This document shows positions 29,221 through 45,302 of a stretch of 64,000 nt of DNA, piece after piece. Under the pieces are notes generated by a model that made no database searches, was not told where the DNA came from, and saw only the letters and a program-made list of their open reading frames with translations. The DNA comes from the human T2T-CHM13v2.0 reference genome, Homo sapiens, in the NCBI RefSeq assembly GCF_009914755.1, contig NC_060940.1; one strand, given 5' to 3'. The position numbers and the translations under genes are program-made. How positions within the stretch are numbered: position 1 is the stretch's first letter; every line of letters starts with the position of its first letter.

Positions 29221-31253
29221 TGACCTCAAGTGATCCACCCGCCTAGGCCTCCCAAAATGTTGGGATTACAGGCGTGAGGCACCGCACCCAACCTAACAGA
29301 GGAAACACTTCAAATGCACATCCTCACATTTCTAGTCTACGTAGCTGGAAAAAAAGGACATTCTTAATATGCTAATGTGGAGGTCACCTAGTTACCCTAA
29401 GGGAGAAAAGCAAGGCAAGGACCCACTGCACAGCAAGTTCCCCCTTGGAAGCCCACGGGCGCAGCTGCCCACAAATGCACATAATCTCTGCAGAAATACA
29501 AAAGCCCTAATGCTGGCTGCACTGGGGACACAGGTAGGAGGAAATTTTCCCCTGTAAGCAGTTTTGAATTCTGAACTATGTGGACAGAACACCAAATTTT
29601 AAAACAAATGAAAGTGAAGCTGGCTGGGCACAGTGGCTCTCGCCTGTAATCCCACCACTTTGGGAGGCCAAGGCTGCAGTGAGCTCTGATGGCGCCACTG
29701 GTACACTCCAGCCTAGGTGACAGAGCAAGACCCTGTCTCCAAAAGTGAAGTGGCAACAGACAGAAACGAGCACTTCTGCAGCTATCTCACAAAACTAGTT
29801 TGCCACCAAAACTAGTTAAAGTGACCTGGTGTCCGCCTCACTGAGCTGCTCCAGCAGAGGCACAGGCATTCTGCATACTGGCGCTGCTGTGCACTGACAG
29901 CCATAAGCCAAGTCAGCCTTTCCCCAGGAGTGCCATGGCTAGGAAGATGCATCTCCCTCGCCTCCAGTATAATTTTAAAAGTTATGGTTGTAAAATGACA
30001 AAAGAAAAAAACTAGACATGTACTAAAGAACAAAACAAAAACTGGCTGGGGGTGGTAGCCCACACTTGTAATCCCAGCACTTCGGGAGGCTAAGGCAGGT
30101 GGATTGTTTGAGGCCAGGAGGTAGAAGTTGCAGTGAGCTGAGATTGCCCCACTGCACTCCAACCTGGGGGACAGAGTGAGACCCTGTCTCAAAAATTAAA
30201 ATACTACTTAGGCTACATTGTGGGGGGGGTGGTAAGTCTATGGATTTTGATTTCCTTTTTGCTGTTTTCTATTTTTGGTAACATGTTTATGTAACTTCAT
30301 TTTTTAAAAAATTGCTACATTCAAAATTTCCCCCAAAAAAGAAACTTCATATACAAGTTAGTTCATATACAAGTTAGAAAATGAAATTTTAAAATACCCC
30401 ATAAGACACATCAAAGAATAATTCTTTAAAAATGGTACCAGAACCCTACAGAGAATGTAAGGTACCAAAGGATGTTAAAGACCTAAATAGATCACATTCA
30501 TGGGTGCAAAGAAGTGATACTGTAAAAAGAAAGAAACTCAAAAGATACCTAAAGGCAGGTGAAAAGACATTTACAACAGATAAAGGGCATATAAAGAACA
30601 ACAGGAAGAAACGAGGGAAATCTTACGGCTCAGCCACTGTCAGGGCTGGGGGGTTCTCGGTGCACCCTGGAAGCAGCTCCCACCACCGGGGCCACAGAGA
30701 AACCCACACAAGCCCCAGACACGTGGACAAGAATACTCAGAGCAGCCTGGCTCTCCACAACTTCTGACCAAGAACCACCGGAGGCCCAGCAGAGCAGAAC
30801 GGAGCAGTCTGCTGTGCCGAGGTGGGTTTCTGCAGCGGACATTATTCGGCTATGAAAATGAACTTGTGGCAGCCCCTCTGCATGGGCAACCCTCATGCCA
30901 AGTGAGCAACGTGAGACTTCAGCAAACACCAAGATCCACGTACAAAGCTCAAAACAGGCAAAACTGAGCATGTCCAGGACACGCACAGGTGGCAAAGCCA
31001 TAAAGCAAAACGAGGACATGGTCACAGGCTGGGATGTGGCTAACCTCCCAGGTGACACCTGGGGATGGTAAGGGGCTGGCCAGGTTCCATTTCACATGGG
31101 TGCAGCCTAAACTGCATACAGCTCCTTATAGTTACCCACATGTCCACAGGCCTCACGCACTTTTCTTCTGTGTCACATTCCACAACAAAAGAACACCACA
31201 CACAGGATTCTGGGGAATCCCACAGGCTGGAAGAGCCAGGAGCGTGGCCTCAC

Positions 31254-31399
31254 CTGGGGTTGATCTCCAGCGTGGGCTGCAGGAGCTGTGCGCGCTCCTC
31301 CTGGGTCTTGGCCAGCTGCTGCATGCGCAGGAAGTGGCGGGCAGCCCCCATCTCCAGCACGGTGACCATGGCAGGGTGGGTGTCCAGTCGGAGGGTCAC
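31254..31399 (-). CDS. TRAP1: TRAP1 exon 16
   Basis: [48 protein letters not shown]; 146 nt. Confidence 0.96.
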
Positions 31400-32148
31400 C
31401 TGTGAGCAAAGCCCGGGGTTGAGGGTGATAGAGGTTCCCAATGTGAGAGGGCTGGCAGGATCTTACCAGGGGTGAAGGTCACCCAGACCACGAGGTAGCA
31501 GGCGGGGTCTCAAGGACTCCCCTGGACCAGCGCTGCTCCCTCCCCATTACCCACTAACTTGTGGGCCCTGAGCTGATGCCCCACGCAAAGATACTGTGCC
31601 CGAGGGGCTCCACCACCCTGGTGCCCCGCTGCTGCCTCCAGGAGCTGCCCGAATCCATCGTCCTCTGCTCCATGCCAGCCCACCCTGCATGAGGCCCCTT
31701 CCTCCAAGTGACCATGCATGGGACGCTCATTTCTCACTCTGAGCTAGACAGGTTGGTGGGGGGAGTCTTAGCTCTCTGAAGCCCACCCAAAACCCCCGAC
31801 TAAGCACCCAAGTGAGCATGTGAGCTCCTGAGGGCTGGGGTAGCATGTCCCTTGTTTGGAACCCCCACGTCCTCAGCCATTGCAGCTCCCACTCAGGATG
31901 CTGGTTTTTCAGTTCTCAGTTCACACCTGCTCTGGAGCAGGGCTGGGAGAAAGACACGGCCTTCCTGCCTCAGCGGCACTCCCGAGCAACACGTGCCGAG
32001 CAGGGACCCACAGGGTCTCCACCTGACACCAAGGGCTTCTGCTGCTGCTGGAAGGACACCCAACGGGCCAGGTACTGGGAGCCACCAGCTGGCCAGCCTG
32101 TTAGGGACACTGCGGCCAAGTGGTGGTCCATCCCCGGGAAAGCCTCAC

Positions 32149-32234
32149 CTTCACGTTGGTGACACGCGACCCCAGCACATTTCTCATCCAGGCCATGAGC
32201 TCCTCCGTCTCCTTCTCTGATAGGCACTCGGCGG
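32149..32234 (-). CDS. TRAP1: TRAP1 exon 15
   Basis: [28 protein letters not shown]; 86 nt. Confidence 0.96.
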
Positions 32235-32690
32235 CTGCGGAAGAGCAGGCGACAGGGAGCTCAGGCCTGCATCCCAACTCCCCGGCTTCCATGGGGGCCA
32301 CGCAGCATGCTTCCAGCTCCCACCTCCTCTCCCACCAGGATGGAGACACAAGCTAGCAAGATGCTTTTCATCTAAAAGTAAAACCTCAAAGGATGCTTCA
32401 GGTTGCCTGAGGCCCATACAACTTGGTTAGGGCTTTAAAAAAATACACAGCCTCTCAAGAAGCTGGGCCAGCTCCAGAAGCCACCGTGGCAGGAGCACTG
32501 GACAGACCCCTGATATCTAAACCAGGAGGCACCTTCCTCCAGTCACCAGGGTGCTCCCACAAGGCTCTTCTCGGGGGTGGCTGAGCCCAGGTCAACTGAC
32601 GAAAACCCAAAGGAAGCCCTCGCTGCGGGGCAGGAGAGGCGTGCGGGGAGTGGAAACCAGCCCCACGCCTAGAGAGCAGGGGATGCCGAC

Positions 32691-32829
32691 CTGGGGACCT
32701 GTCCTCAAACTTCTCCTCCTTGTAGTGATCCACGACTATGTCCGTCTCCACAGAGATCAGCTTCTTCTTGTCAAACTCACGAAGGTGCAGCAGGGTGAGC
32801 TCATCAAACTGCTCAAAGCAGAAGAGAAC
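32691..32829 (-). CDS. TRAP1: TRAP1 exon 14
   Basis: [46 protein letters not shown]; 139 nt. Confidence 0.96.
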
Positions 32830-33058
32830 CTGCAGGTGGCCAAGAGCAGCTCCATCAGACCCCGGGGGCCTCCAGCCACCACAGAAGAAAGGATGAGGGC
32901 GGCAGGAGGGCTGGGGGAGCCAAGCGGGCCACACTGGGGAACACCGGGGCAGTTGGGGTTCCTAGGCCTGCATGACAGTTACTACGACACCTGGGTCTAA
33001 GGAAGGCTCTGACTGCCTTCAAGGCAGAAGCACTCCACGCATAAAGAAATCCACATGT

Positions 33059-33356
33059 GGCTGAGTGCAGTGGCTCACGCCTGTAATCCCAGCACTTTGG
33101 GAGGCCAAAGCAGGCAGATCATGAGGTCAGGAGTTCGAGACCAACATGGTGAAATGCCGTCTCTATTAAAAATACAAAAATTTGCTGGGTGTGGTGGTGT
33201 GCACCTGTAGTCCCAGCTACTCAGGAGGCTGAGGCAGGAGAATGACCTGAACCCAGGAGGCGGAAGTTGCAGTGAGCCGAGATCGCACCACTGCACTCTA
33301 GCCTGGGCGAGAGAGCAAGACTCCATCTCAAAAAAACAAAAAACAAACAAAAAAAA
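33059..33356 (+). mobile_element. Alu
   Basis: Alu dimer; ccacatgtg on both flanks. Confidence 0.9.
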
Positions 33357-33540
33357 CCACATGTGACCTCCAAGTGGGAAACAGCCGTCACAGTCGGTCC
33401 GGCCTCTGTGCCCGTGACCCTGACCCACTGTGCAGCCCTGCCCGGAGTCTTGGGCAGGTTCACCCAGCACAGAGCTGAGAAGGTCAAGACCCTCCCCAGG
33501 TTGCAGCCCCCGGAGCCCGCCCCACCCACCGCTCACCCAC

Positions 33541-33726
33541 CTCTGTGTCTTTCTTCTTCATGGCCTCATAGTAGGGTGAGTGCTCTGCCAGGTGACGGTT
33601 GGGGGCGCACAGGTAGTAGATGTTGCGGGTGCCGGCCCGCATGCGGCTGGCGTATTCTGAGAGGCTGGTTAGCTGCCCGGAGGGCAGCGCCGAGGACTCG
33701 TAGCGCAGCAGCTTTGCTATGTCCTC
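33541..33726 (-). CDS. TRAP1: TRAP1 exon 13
   Basis: [62 protein letters not shown]; 186 nt. Confidence 0.96.
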
Positions 33727-35237
33727 CTAGAAGGGACGGGGCAGGTCACCACTTATTCCAGGCCCATGGGCTCAATGTTGCCCAACTAACTGGGCGCAAA
33801 CCCTCCGATGCCCATGGCCTCCTGGCACTCCAGGCTGGCCCTGACCCGAGGGACGGTAGTGGACTCGGGGGTTGTCCGAGAGCAGGCCTTGCTCTGCCCA
33901 TCAGGCCCCTTTTGGGAGCTCTGGGGGCTTAGGAAGCACCTCCTGCCCCAGGTGGCCCAGGGGCTCTCCAGGGAGCTACGCGCACCACGCCCTGGGAGGG
34001 GACCCCACCCAACAGCAGAGCCCGGCCTGGACCCAGCGTCTTCCCTCTGCCCTCAGTGACAGAGTCAGTCTCTGGTGGGCACACGGACACGGGTGAAGTC
34101 CACGGTTCCCGGCCCTCCTCACAGCTGGCTATGGCAGAGACTGGCTTTGCCCAGTGGGTTTCAGTGGGATTTGGAGAAGGGCCCTTAGGGGAGGGGTTTG
34201 CCCTCCTCCCCATCAGCTGAACGCAGCTGTGACCTCTAGAGCTCATGGGAGCTGCAGCTGGAAGGACGCAGGGGGAAAACAGAAAGAGGGAAAAGCAAGG
34301 AGCTGGACACCCAACCAGCAGGGCCCAGGCCACCCCTGCACACATGGTGGGTCTGCATTGATAAGACATGTCACACGTGCACACCTACAAAGACCTAGAA
34401 ATGTCTCTGACTCTTACCTGTGTGCTGTTAACTCAAATGAAGATAAAGGAGAATGAAGAGGCCTGTGTCAGAAGCTGCCGAAGTCGGCAAACAACCAGAA
34501 CACGGCCTCCTTGGGACCCCACACACGTGGTCACCCTCCTCCTGCTGCTGGGGAGAAGGGACACCAGCACGGGATGGGCTCCTGGGATGAAATGTTCTGG
34601 GGTTACAGTGGAGGCAGCCACACCACACTGTGAATGCACTAAATGCCACTGAATTTTACGTGTTAAAAGGTGAATTCTGTGAATCTGATGCTATGTAAGT
34701 TGTATCTCAATAAAAAATGGACAAAAAATGTTTATGGAACAAATGTTTCGTTTTTCAGCCATCCACTATTGGATTAACTGAACGACTGGCCCCTGTAGCA
34801 TAGTATTTGGAGACTGATATCCAGTACATGATGAATAGTCCCTCAACAGACACTGAGACCACCCACTTCCCCACCCACGGGATCGGAGTCCTTGGCTTGT
34901 CCCACCTGTCTGTGGCTCCCCAGCCCCCAACATCCTCTGAGGGGAGACAGTGTGTGCACGCCCTCTTCCTGCCACTCCCTGGGCTGCACCTTCACACAGC
35001 AGTGAGGCTGAGCCCTTCAGAGCACAGCACAGCACTGGTGGGAGGGTAAGGATGTGCCTGGAAGGTGCCAGAGGCCCAGAAGCCTGGCCTTCCATTTCCT
35101 GACCCTGGTGGCAGCAGCAGCAGCAGCCAGGGTACCCAGCTGCACCGTCGCCACATCAGGGGACACCTCCACCAGCTTCCTCAGCAGCCCCAGGGACAAG
35201 GTGGCCCAGAAAAAGGCCTGGAACACAGCTCCTATAC

Positions 35238-35385
35238 CTTGACCTCCTGCTCGGTGGCGGTCACAATGCCCTCCCGCATGAACAGGCCGTAATCTTCAAA
35301 AAACTTTGCATACTTCTCAGCATCTTTTTTACTCTGGTCAATGAAGAATTTGATCAGCCTCTGCTGTAAAACGTCCCGGAGTTTC
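35238..35385 (-). CDS. TRAP1: TRAP1 exon 12
   Basis: [49 protein letters not shown]; 148 nt. Confidence 0.96.
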
Positions 35386-36609
35386 CTACAGAAAAGAAAT
35401 GCATTTAATACATACAAGCAGCCTCTATGAAATACAAATGGCCAGAGGGTACGAAAAAATGTTCAGCCCCGCTAAGAATCAAAGAAGTGAAAACAACAAG
35501 GTACCGTTATTGGCCAAACTGAAAAAGACTGAGCAGAAAGACAGAAACCCTGGGCAGTGGCCGGACAGGAGGCAGCAGGGTGGAGGGCAGACACCCCCTG
35601 GAGGCAGTAGGAGAACCGATGCCCCCAGAGACAAGATACCCACGCCCGGAAAACCCTTCCAACCTTTGAGCCAGTTGTTCCAATTATAGGAACTGCACCT
35701 TAGGAAACATGTGAGCACACCAAGATTTATGTACCAGGATTTTCACTGTGGCACATAAAATATAACAATTATGAACAACCTCATGTTCAAGAATATAGGC
35801 TAAAATTATGTAATGCTAAATGGCCATAAAAAAAAAAAACTGCATCTTTTAATAATCCTCAATGACATGAGAAAGTTAGCTGTGTTGAAAGAAAACCCAG
35901 AAAAATCCCAATGTGGGTAAATTACAGTACGTCTATAGATACAGGCAAAGAATGCACATTCTACATGTACATAACAATTTTCCATCATTAGGAGCAGCAC
36001 TGTATATACTATATATGTACACTGTAATTTGGGATTTATACTGAATATATGTATACTCTAATTTTTCAAAATTGGGATTTTAGGGATCAGGATATTTACT
36101 GCAGCATTACATAATGGCCTAAAATTAGGAACAACTTTATCACTGGGACTAGGGATATTTTTATTTTCTTCTTAATATTTAGTCTTTCCTTTAAGCAGGT
36201 AAATTACAATGTATTTCAATAATCCAGAGCATGGGAACAACACTCTCTCGAGTTCATTTAGAGCCTTTCCTCCCACACTCCATCCCCAGTGACTCAGTCC
36301 TTCAGCCACAGGGCAGAATGGGACAGGACATGCCTTCGTGCCTGGGAGCGGGGGGACAGTAGCCCAGGATGCGGTGCAGAGCCCAGGGAAGGTGTCTATG
36401 CAGGGCCATGGTTGGGAAGAGCCTGGTATGGGTGTCAGAGCCCAAGAACCCCAGAGAAGGGTGTCCAGGCTGGGGGCGTGACCAGCCCACCGTGAAGAGT
36501 CAGAGCCCAAGTAGGTGACAGGGACACCCGCAGAAGAGGGCAGTGGCAATGGTAGATTGGTTACATGGAGGGGGATTGGTCAAATGGGTAACCGTGCTAA
36601 GAATAATCA

Positions 36610-37627
<1,018 letters not shown>

Positions 37628-38820
37628 AACACATAAATATTTTAAGTAAATAAATGAATGTATTGAGAGTTTCATGAAGAATGTGACATTTACATAGCTT
37701 CAAAATACCTATAACATCTGTTAATTACAAAGGGAAGGACATCCTTGTTTGTTGGAAACGCACCCCAAAGGCATCGAGAAGGCAACTTCCTCTCACAGGA
37801 TTCGAGGAAAAACATGTTCTTGGTACCATGCTTCCAACTTTTAAGCCTGTGATTCTTTCAAAAGCTCTAATTTCGGCTGACTCTTTTCTGATCGAGATGA
37901 GTTCTCAGACTGACAACGCAACCTTTGACAACCACAAGCTGGGATGAGGACCCCTGCTCTGCAGCTTCGGGCACTACCAGTGGGCCAGCATGCCTGCCAC
38001 AGCCAGGAATGCAGCTCCCTTACTGAGCAGGACCACCCCTCTGTGACTCAGTTTCCACAACTATGAGTGAGGACTCACGGCTCCCCTCACAGGATGAAAC
38101 ACGTGTTTATGCAGGCTCAGCACAGTTCTCAGTGGAGAAGAAATACTCAGGAAACACATTCAGGATGGGGAGAGGAACGCAGCCGCCTCGGCCCGCAGGG
38201 ACGCCAGGAGCTCCCTCTCCACAGGGCCTGGCCCCTGCCTCCACTTCATCCGTGAGCTTCCCAGATGAGGCCAGACGTGTCCTCAGTTCAGTGGGTGTCC
38301 TTTGCCTTATCCAGCCCAGGGACATTGTACCTGGAACCTCCCCTCCTGTGGCCACTCCTGGGCAGGGTGATGGGGATGGACAAGGTGGGGACAACTCCAG
38401 CACCAGCAATAATAATCCGGGAGTCAGCCCCAAGCCCTCTCTTCACTGAAGTGAACTGAAACATTGGGCAGATCACCAGTAACCCACAGGCGCACTCGAA
38501 GTGCACAGGGTCAGTACACCAAAGAGCACGACTCTAACGACCACAGAACAGTCGCTGCTGTGGGGCGGGGATGCATCCTGTTGAGGTCAGCACAACTGCT
38601 GCCCTGTGGTCATGTCGGCAGCAAGTCGGGGTCCTGCTGTCAGAAGCCAGCACGGCTGTGTGGGGAAACAAGCACTGAGGCCCCCTTTTCATTGATTATA
38701 TAACATCTCTTTAGTCAGCAAGGAAAATACCTTTTATATAGTTATATCTTCCGACCAAGTAACCCCACCCCTAGTATTCTATCCTAAGGAAATACAGCTG
38801 CAGGTAAAGATTTCAGAACA

Positions 38821-40061
<1,241 letters not shown>

Positions 40062-40989
40062 TCACCGGCAGGCCATGTGACCTCGCAGGGCTGGGCATGG
40101 ACCCACCAGGCAGGAAACCACACTGCCCACCATCTCCCCAGACCTGCTCCTGCCCGCGGCACAGGACAGAATCTCTGAGGACCAGTGCCTCTCGGTGTGG
40201 GCCTCTCGCCATGCCCACAGCGCAGCCCCAACACACACCAATTACCCAGACTCATCCTTTTTCCGAGGATCTGCTTCCATTTCAACACTGGAGAGAAACC
40301 GGTGGGCAGAGAAACACTGCAGGCACGTTGGGGGCTCCAACAAGGCCCGTTCCATGGCATGCTGCACGTGGTGGGCTCTTGAGAGACCTCCAGGGCTCCA
40401 AATTCCAGCTGAATCCTCACCCCACAGGCTCCCTCTGAAACCTGCCCTATGTGGCTGCCAATCTACCCCACCCTAAACCATCAACAGCAGTCATCTCTAG
40501 GTGAGAGCACAGGTCACTTGAATGTGCTCTAGTAAGGAAATACTACTTGCATTAGGGGAAAAAAAGCCAGTAAGCGAGGTTTTGAATAAAGACTATTTGG
40601 TGAGCCTGGGGCCAGAGTGGGGAAGTGATAGCTACTGATGGAGAACCTGGAGCCAGCACACTGGAGTCCCCTCCACACAGGGCTGGCCTGCTGCAGGGCT
40701 GCAGTCACAACCCTGGGGCACAGGTGGGCAGGTCTGGCTCTGCGGCCCCTCCCCCTATCCAGACTCCAGCCTCAGCCATGACCAGCCACCCCCACCTTCT
40801 TCTGGACCACAAGCTTCAGAGGCCAGGCCAGCACCTGGAAGGCTCCTGAGGGCCCCCATGTGCAGGCCGGGCTTCCCCGACCACCTCTGCTCTCAGCTCC
40901 ATGGGCCACGGCTAGGGCCCTCTGGGGGCAAAGGAGCAGGTAGGGGCCTTGTCCCCAGCAGGGTCCTCTCCCCGCGGCCCGAGGCTCAC

Positions 40990-41059
40990 CTGATGAGTGC
41001 GCTCTCCTGCAGCAGCTCCCGGCTGAGGTTCAGGGGAATGTCCTCACTGTCCACCACAC
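40990..41059 (-). CDS. TRAP1: TRAP1 exon 11
   Basis: GVVDSEDIPLNLSRELLQESALI (HSP90 middle-domain catalytic loop signature); 70 nt. Confidence 0.97.
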
Positions 41060-41323
41060 CTGGGAGACACGGCAGTCAGCTTCTCCCGGGGCTGCGGCCC
41101 TCCACACCACCCAACATTCCCCATTAACCTGCCCTTTGTCTTCAGGCCTGGCCTTCAACCCAGCACGTGTGCTAAGAGGGAAGCAGGGAGGCGGCACTGC
41201 CGGAGCTTCCTCTACGTCCTGCCACCTCCCAGAACAGTGACCTGGGCTGTGGGTGGCCGGGACAGCCTCGGGGTAACACTCGGAAAATGACAGCCTGGGC
41301 TTTATGTTAAAAATCACAACTCT

Positions 41324-41610
41324 GGCTGGGCACAGTGTCTGACGCCTGTAATCCCAGCGCTTTGGGAGGCCGAGGTGGGCGGATCATGAGGTCAGGAGTT
41401 CGAGACCAGCCCGGCAATTATGGTGAAACCCCATCTCTACTAAAAATACAAAAATTAGCCGGGTGTGGTGGCGGGCGCCTGTAATCCCAGCTACTCGGGA
41501 GGCTAAGGCAGGAGAATCACTTAAGGAGGTTGCAGTGAGCCACGATTGCACCACCGCACTCCAGCCTGGGTGACAGAGCAAGACTCGTCTCAAAAAACAA
41601 ACAAACAAAA
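41324..41610 (+). mobile_element. Alu
   Basis: Alu dimer with (CAAA)n tail. Confidence 0.9.
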
Positions 41611-41967
41611 CTCTATCAGGGATGGTTCGCACCTCTGTGTACCAAGGCTTAAATACTGAAGTCTTTCTTAAACTATAATCTCACTCAAACGTAACACAAC
41701 TCACATATCAATCTGAAACTCAGTATCCCTACATATGGAAAGACCTCAATCTGAACACCCCAGTGCTCCCCCCAGATCAGTCATGTGCGTAGGGAGGTGG
41801 GGCAGCTCCCGGGGTCTGTAAACGCGACTGACACACAGGCAGCGCAGGCCGACGGCGGTGCTCTCGCTGCAGAGGGCTGCTGAGAATGGAATCAGCACGG
41901 TCCCTCACAGATGCAGCGGGCGACACTGGGCCACGGGGGCACTGCTCACGGACTCTGAGCAGCGTAC

Positions 41968-42088
41968 CTCGGATGAAGCGCAGCCACTTGGGCAGGATGT
42001 CCGTGGCCTTGGTCTGGATGAGGACTTTGCGGCTGTACAGTGCAACGCTGGAGCCCAGCTCCCGGCTCACATCAAACATGGACGGTTT
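41968..42088 (-). CDS. TRAP1: TRAP1 exon 10
   Basis: [40 protein letters not shown]; 121 nt. Confidence 0.97.
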
Positions 42089-42391
42089 CTGGGGGTGAGG
42101 AGAACACGCCATCATGCAGCACTGACCCTCCCCAGGCAGGCCCTGGCTGGGAGGTGGGGGCGGACACGATGAATCCAGAGCCCACTCCCGCCTCGCCCTC
42201 CCCCAGCGTCTGCTCTGAGTTGAAGCCCAGTGCAGGGGCCCCACGATGCCCCACACTGTGGCTCTGCAGGGGCTGAAGGCCTTCTCTGGCAGCTGCCGCC
42301 CTCCCCAGCCCACCCCCTAAGGAGGACACAAGAGAGTGAACCTTGCACGTACCCCTGAACACACTGAACACAGCCAAACCTTGCTACAGGT

Positions 42392-42700
42392 CAGGGATCA
42401 GCAAAGAGCCCTCCGACCAGATCCAGCTCACTGCCTACCTCTGTGTAGCCTAAGAGTGGTTTTTACACTTTCAAACAGTTGAGGAAAGATTTCAAAAAGG
42501 ATGATCTCATGAGACGTGAAGATGAAACTCAAATTTCAGTGTCTACGCAGCTCATGGGACCCGGCCCTGTGTGCTCAGAGGGCAGCAGGGCAGTGCTGCT
42601 TCCTCACCCGGCAGGGTTAGTGGCTACGAAAGACACCGGGCCCGAAACGCTGGGACCAGCTCCTGTCTGGCCCTCGTGGAACGTGCCTGCCAACACCTGC
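42392..42700 (+). mobile_element. MER58B-like hAT DNA transposon
   Basis: 'cagggatcagcaaa...atccagctcactgcct...taagagtggtttttaca...atgaaactcaaatttcagtgtc...tctggccct...tgccaacacctg'. Confidence 0.7.
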
Positions 42701-42744
42701 TCCACACTGGTACTTCCCGAACCGGGACCCACACCTCATCACGG

Positions 42745-42868
42745 GATCTGGTTAAAATGCGGCGGGTATCTAGTTCAAATGTTGGGAGACCTGGTTAAAA
42801 TGTGGGGCGACCTGGTTAAAATGGGGGGGATCCGGTTAAAATGCGGGGAGATCTTATTAAAATGTGGG
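42745..42868. repeat. ~21-bp degenerate minisatellite, 6 copies, within a MER5A-like remnant
   Basis: gatctggttaaaatgcggcggg / tatctagttcaaatgttggga / gacctggttaaaatgtggggc / gacctggttaaaatgggggg / gatccggttaaaatgcgggga / gatcttattaaaatgtggg. Confidence 0.9.
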
Positions 42869-43605
42869 CTCCCACGCAGGAGCCCTGGGTGGGGCCTGAG
42901 ACTCTAACAAGCCCCTGGAGGCCACACCTGGCTGGCTCTTTCCAAGATGGATGCCAGCTGTGCAGGACATTAGGAGAGTTTCCAGGCAGCCAAGGACAGA
43001 AGAGCCTGGGGGCAGGACGGGCTGGCTCTCAGCCCCGAATAGGTCTCCTTACGGCAGGATTTGCGGGAACTTCAATGTGGTAAAGGAAACCAGGGGAGGT
43101 GGAGGGTGTGGAGGAAGCACACAGAGAGGCCAACGGAGAGGCAGACCACAGGCCCTTCCCAGAGCGCCTGGCAGGACAGCATCCACTGATCCACAGCAGA
43201 TGATGTAGGCTCTGAGGGCCCTCCCCAGGCACACCCCAGTCCACAAGCCTCCACCCCAGCCTGCACTGAGATGCCCATCAATCCTTCCCTCGCCATGTGT
43301 GACCCCTGAGACAGAGGAAACCTCTGTGGTTACCCACCCAGAGGCATCTGTTCTTTTTTTCTTTTTTTTCAGAGATGGGGTCTCACTATGTTGGCCAGCC
43401 TGGTCTGCAACTCCTGGGCTCAGGTGATCCACCCTCCTCAGCCTCCCAAAGTGCTGGGATAACAGGCGTGAGCCACCACACCCAGCACTACCTATGTTTT
43501 TCATGCCCTCACACTGCCATGTTAATCATGTGACATCTGCAGAGCTGATGCCACAGGGGACAACAGAGTCACCCTGAGGGCCGTGGGACTGCCACAGTGC
43601 CTCAC

Positions 43606-43761
43606 CATGTCGGGCACGTAGAAGATGCTGCGGATGTTGAGCGGTGCGTCCGTCTTATAGTGCAGGGTGTAGCGGGGCTTGTCGTGAGCCTGCGCGACGT
43701 AGCGGTAGAACTCCTCATGTTGCCACTCACGGACATCCTTGGGGTCCATCATCCAGATGGC
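43606..43761 (-). CDS. TRAP1: TRAP1 exon 9
   Basis: [52 protein letters not shown]; 156 nt. Confidence 0.97.
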
Positions 43762-44590
43762 CTGGAAACGGAGATCGGCGGGGAGGGCGTCGTGTTCACC
43801 ACGCACGTCTTCTCCACCACCGTGCAGGCCTGAGCCAGTGCAGCGCCTGGCCCTGGACAGGCTCCTGGGACAGACGGGCGGTGGTCTCAGGCGTAGACCC
43901 CTCTCCAGCCCCACCGCTGGGCTATGCCGGGTAGTGCAGGGGAGACACACAAGGCTCTGGGGCAGGAGCTCCTCAGGACAACATGTCAGGAGGACCAGCC
44001 GGGACCTGAGGGGGCCTGTGGGAGAGGATGACGCTGCCCAGCAGGGGCGAGCTGACGAATACAGTGTGGGCCGTGAGAGCGATGACGACCCACGCTGCAC
44101 CGCAGCTGAGCCGCGAGGGGGAAGTCAGTCACTGAGGACAGCATGCCGTGTGACTCCATCCAGGAGAAACGTCTGGAACAGGCAGCACAATGGACAGAAA
44201 GGAGACCGTGGCTGCTGGGACTGGGGGAGGGGCAGTGGGGAAAGGGCTGCTTTTTGGGGTGATGGGATGTTCTGGAATTGATGCGGGGTGGCTGCACAGC
44301 TCTGTGGCTGCACTGAACACCATGGCTGCACACTGATGTGGTGAGCCAGCTGGGATGGGCGTTACGCCTCAGTGAACCCTGACCCCTGACCCCGGCTGCC
44401 CGGTGCACAGGGGCAGGGCTGTGGTAGAGCTGGGCCCCTGTCTCATCCCCACACCCAGGTCTCATCTCCACAGAGCAGCTCGCCCTGTGACTCTGGGCCG
44501 CATCCCCTGGGCTCATCTCTTCTCCGCTGCCCTGAAACGTACAGATTTGTCTCCATGTTTGACCAGTCCCTAGAGGAACTCAGGGCTCAC

Positions 44591-44664
44591 CTGCAAGGTG
44601 TTCATCCGCCTTCCATTCAAGTACAAGGGGAAGCTGACGAAGTTGCTGTACTTCGTTACCACAT
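44591..44664 (-). CDS. TRAP1: TRAP1 exon 8
   Basis: [24 protein letters not shown]; 74 nt. Confidence 0.97.
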
Positions 44665-45302
44665 CTGGAAGGGACAAAAGAAAAACCACACTGCATCTAC
44701 AATGCTTGTGGAAACGCAAGCTTTGCAGCAGCTCCAGGATGAGCGCCAGCCTGCTGGGAAGGGTCCTCCATGCTGTGTACACTTCACAGGTACAGAAACA
44801 GGGCACAGTGGGGACACCTGTCCTCCCCCCAGTCTCACGGGGGCAGCAGCGGAGCCCACGTGAGAACCAGAGCTGTGGAGGCCCCGGCTGCTGCGAGACT
44901 GCAATGTCAGCTTGTGGCTGGAACATGGCTTTCTGGGCTGACTCCTGGGGGTACTCAGGGCCTCCCTGAGTGTCCAGCAGGACACAAAGAGGGAAGGCCA
45001 CGCCCACATCCTGGGACAGGACTGCGCCAAACCCCCAGGTGCACTAAAGGCCAAGGGCCACGCAGAGGAAGGAGGAGGAGGTCCGCCTCAGCCAGGCCAG
45101 CTTCCTCCCAGTCCCAGCAGGAGCTCGATGCTACGCAGCCCTGGCGGGCAGCCCCCCTCCCAGTCCCGCAGCGGCTCGGCCCTTCACGGCTCTGCCTGTG
45201 CACCCTACGTGCAGGTAGAACCAGGGAAAATGCCTGCTGACCTGGTGGCCTCCAGGCCACACATGGATCCCAGAGTGAGCCTGGGCCCGGGCTCCCGCTC
45301 AC

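Noticed and set aside
33724-33729. TAG-GAG tandem acceptor at TRAP1 exon 13
   Set aside because: GAG is rarely used as the distal NAG; no evidence of alternative use
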